Part shown: piece after piece, positions 62,286 through 64,000 of the stretch
Numbering within the stretch: position 1 is the stretch's first letter
How the letters are laid out: every line of letters starts with the position of its first letter
DNA from: the human T2T-CHM13v2.0 reference genome, Homo sapiens
DNA: 64,000 bases
Reading direction: 5' to 3' (one strand)
NCBI RefSeq assembly: GCF_009914755.1
Contig: NC_060937.1
Made by a program: the position numbers and the translations under genes
The notes under the pieces: model-generated
The model's input: the letters and a program-made list of their open reading frames with translations, nothing else
Told to the model about the DNA's origin: nothing
The model's database searches: none

Positions 62286-64000
62286 TATAACATTTCAAGA
62301 TAATATTTAAAAGAAGTCAAAGAGAATACAGAAAATGTGATGGAAGCTCTCCTTCCTAAATTCTACCTGCCAAGCCACTGGCTCGTGGACAATGAGAGTG
62401 ACTGCTGCATCAATATTAATGAACACTAAATATTTCCTTGATGATTTTAATACTAGCTCATTAACTGAACTTTATAATATACTGGGAAGGGCACTTGAAT
62501 TGTCTTTCAGTTCTTAAATGTTGAAGTGTGAGTCTGATATTAAATACCCTTGGCACTTGTTATAAATTCCTGCTAAAATACGACTTGAAAGTTGTTTGTA
62601 AGTTTAAATGCCATGTAAAATTATTTGGAGAGATTAATTCATCAAATAACCCATAAATTACTGTGGGAGATTAACACATCAAAAAAGTCTAGCAACAAAA
62701 TGTGTACCTTTTCCTTGGTATCTGTATGGACATCTAGTAGAATTGTGAAATGGGCCACTTGTTTCTTAAGCACTCTGGTTTTCCCAGTCTCTGTTCACGT
62801 TTAATTCTTATTGGAATCCACATACCTTTTCTAGCCACTTGAAATTCTCTTTGCTATGTCAAAACTTGCTTTCACATAGCTCACAAACTTAGGCAGTCTC
62901 TGATTTTAATTGGAAAGAAAACCTCAAGTTAAATAAAATGAAATTAAAATCAGTAGGTAAATCAGGATTTGGAGGGGTCTTTTGTATGCTCTAAAATATT
63001 CCCATGGAGGCAATGGTCTAATCTAATTTGCTGAAAGATAAAATATCCAGAAAACACTTTATAGTGCAGTATTGTCCCAGAAAGTACAGACTCCAACTAC
63101 AACATTCAAGAATCAAGGAGATGACATATAACATATATCATAAGCATAGGCTTTCTGAAGTTCTGGCTACAAATATTCTTTTACTTTATTCCCTTAAGCA
63201 CACTTGATCTTACAAGAATTTCATAAGGAAGTGTGTTATAATATTAGTTTTTTATTTTGAAAGATATGTTCACTACTCATTTTGCTAAGAGATCAGTTGG
63301 CCTTGACATCAAACAGTACCCAGAGGCCAAATGGCGACCCAATCCCATTCTAATAAAGTCTTCACAAACATAATTTTATAATTACTTTTCACCTAATTAG
63401 CTATATCAAAGTAGTTGGCCATCATGATCTAACAAGCTTCTTGCTATATGACTGAATAACGTCAGCTATAGTGAAGTAGATTACAATCAGTTATCACAAT
63501 TTATGCTGAATGTACTTAATTATAAAAAATTTGATCTATTCAGGTTTTGTTATAATAAATTTACAAGGTGAAAATTGAACTTTATGAATACTTGCTTAAA
63601 AAGGTAAGAAGAAGTAATACCTTTATTTTTACTTGACTTAGATTGGATGATATTCAACAGTCTTAGGCTACGTGTGTGATGTATCACAAATTATTATTTT
63701 CAATAAAACATTTGTGTGGGCCTTCTAAAATATGGGTTATGATATCTAAAATATTTGATATTCTTACTATAAATTAATAAGAGGTATCCTTTGGAAGATT
63801 GTTCTCATTGCAATATATATCTCATACGTGAAGGACAATATGCTGACCTTTTAAATGAAAAATTTTTTAAATTCTTGGATATATAGTATTTCACTAGAAC
63901 TTCTGATTAAAATTCTCAAACAAAAGTGAGCGTAAATAAAAGAAAGTGATGTATTCTACGTATACATTTTATCAGTTAGAAGGATTGGTTTAAGACGCAT

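Overview
This is primate (most likely human) AT-rich, CpG-poor genomic DNA, intronic or intergenic in character. I can support no protein-coding gene, RNA gene or CRISPR array; the provided ORFs are mostly fragments of L1, Alu and MaLR repeats. The window holds a near-full-length L1MA element (8.9-15.1 kb) and a deeply nested L1/LTR/Alu stack (19-37 kb). It also has two complete THE1/MST-type MaLR proviruses with target-site duplications (TSDs), several solo LTRs, about 12 Alus, Tigger/Charlie DNA-transposon fossils, and MIR/L2/L3 relics. Subfamily names come from recalled consensus sequences and need RepeatMasker/Dfam confirmation. I found no convincing novel biological system. The best oddities are retrotransposition fossils: an old L1 whose 5'UTR looks spliced out, a 27-bp young-L1 patch inside an old L1, a twin-primed L1 carrying a second L1 tail (possible 3' transduction), a MaLR provirus with discordant LTRs, and a very young AluY.
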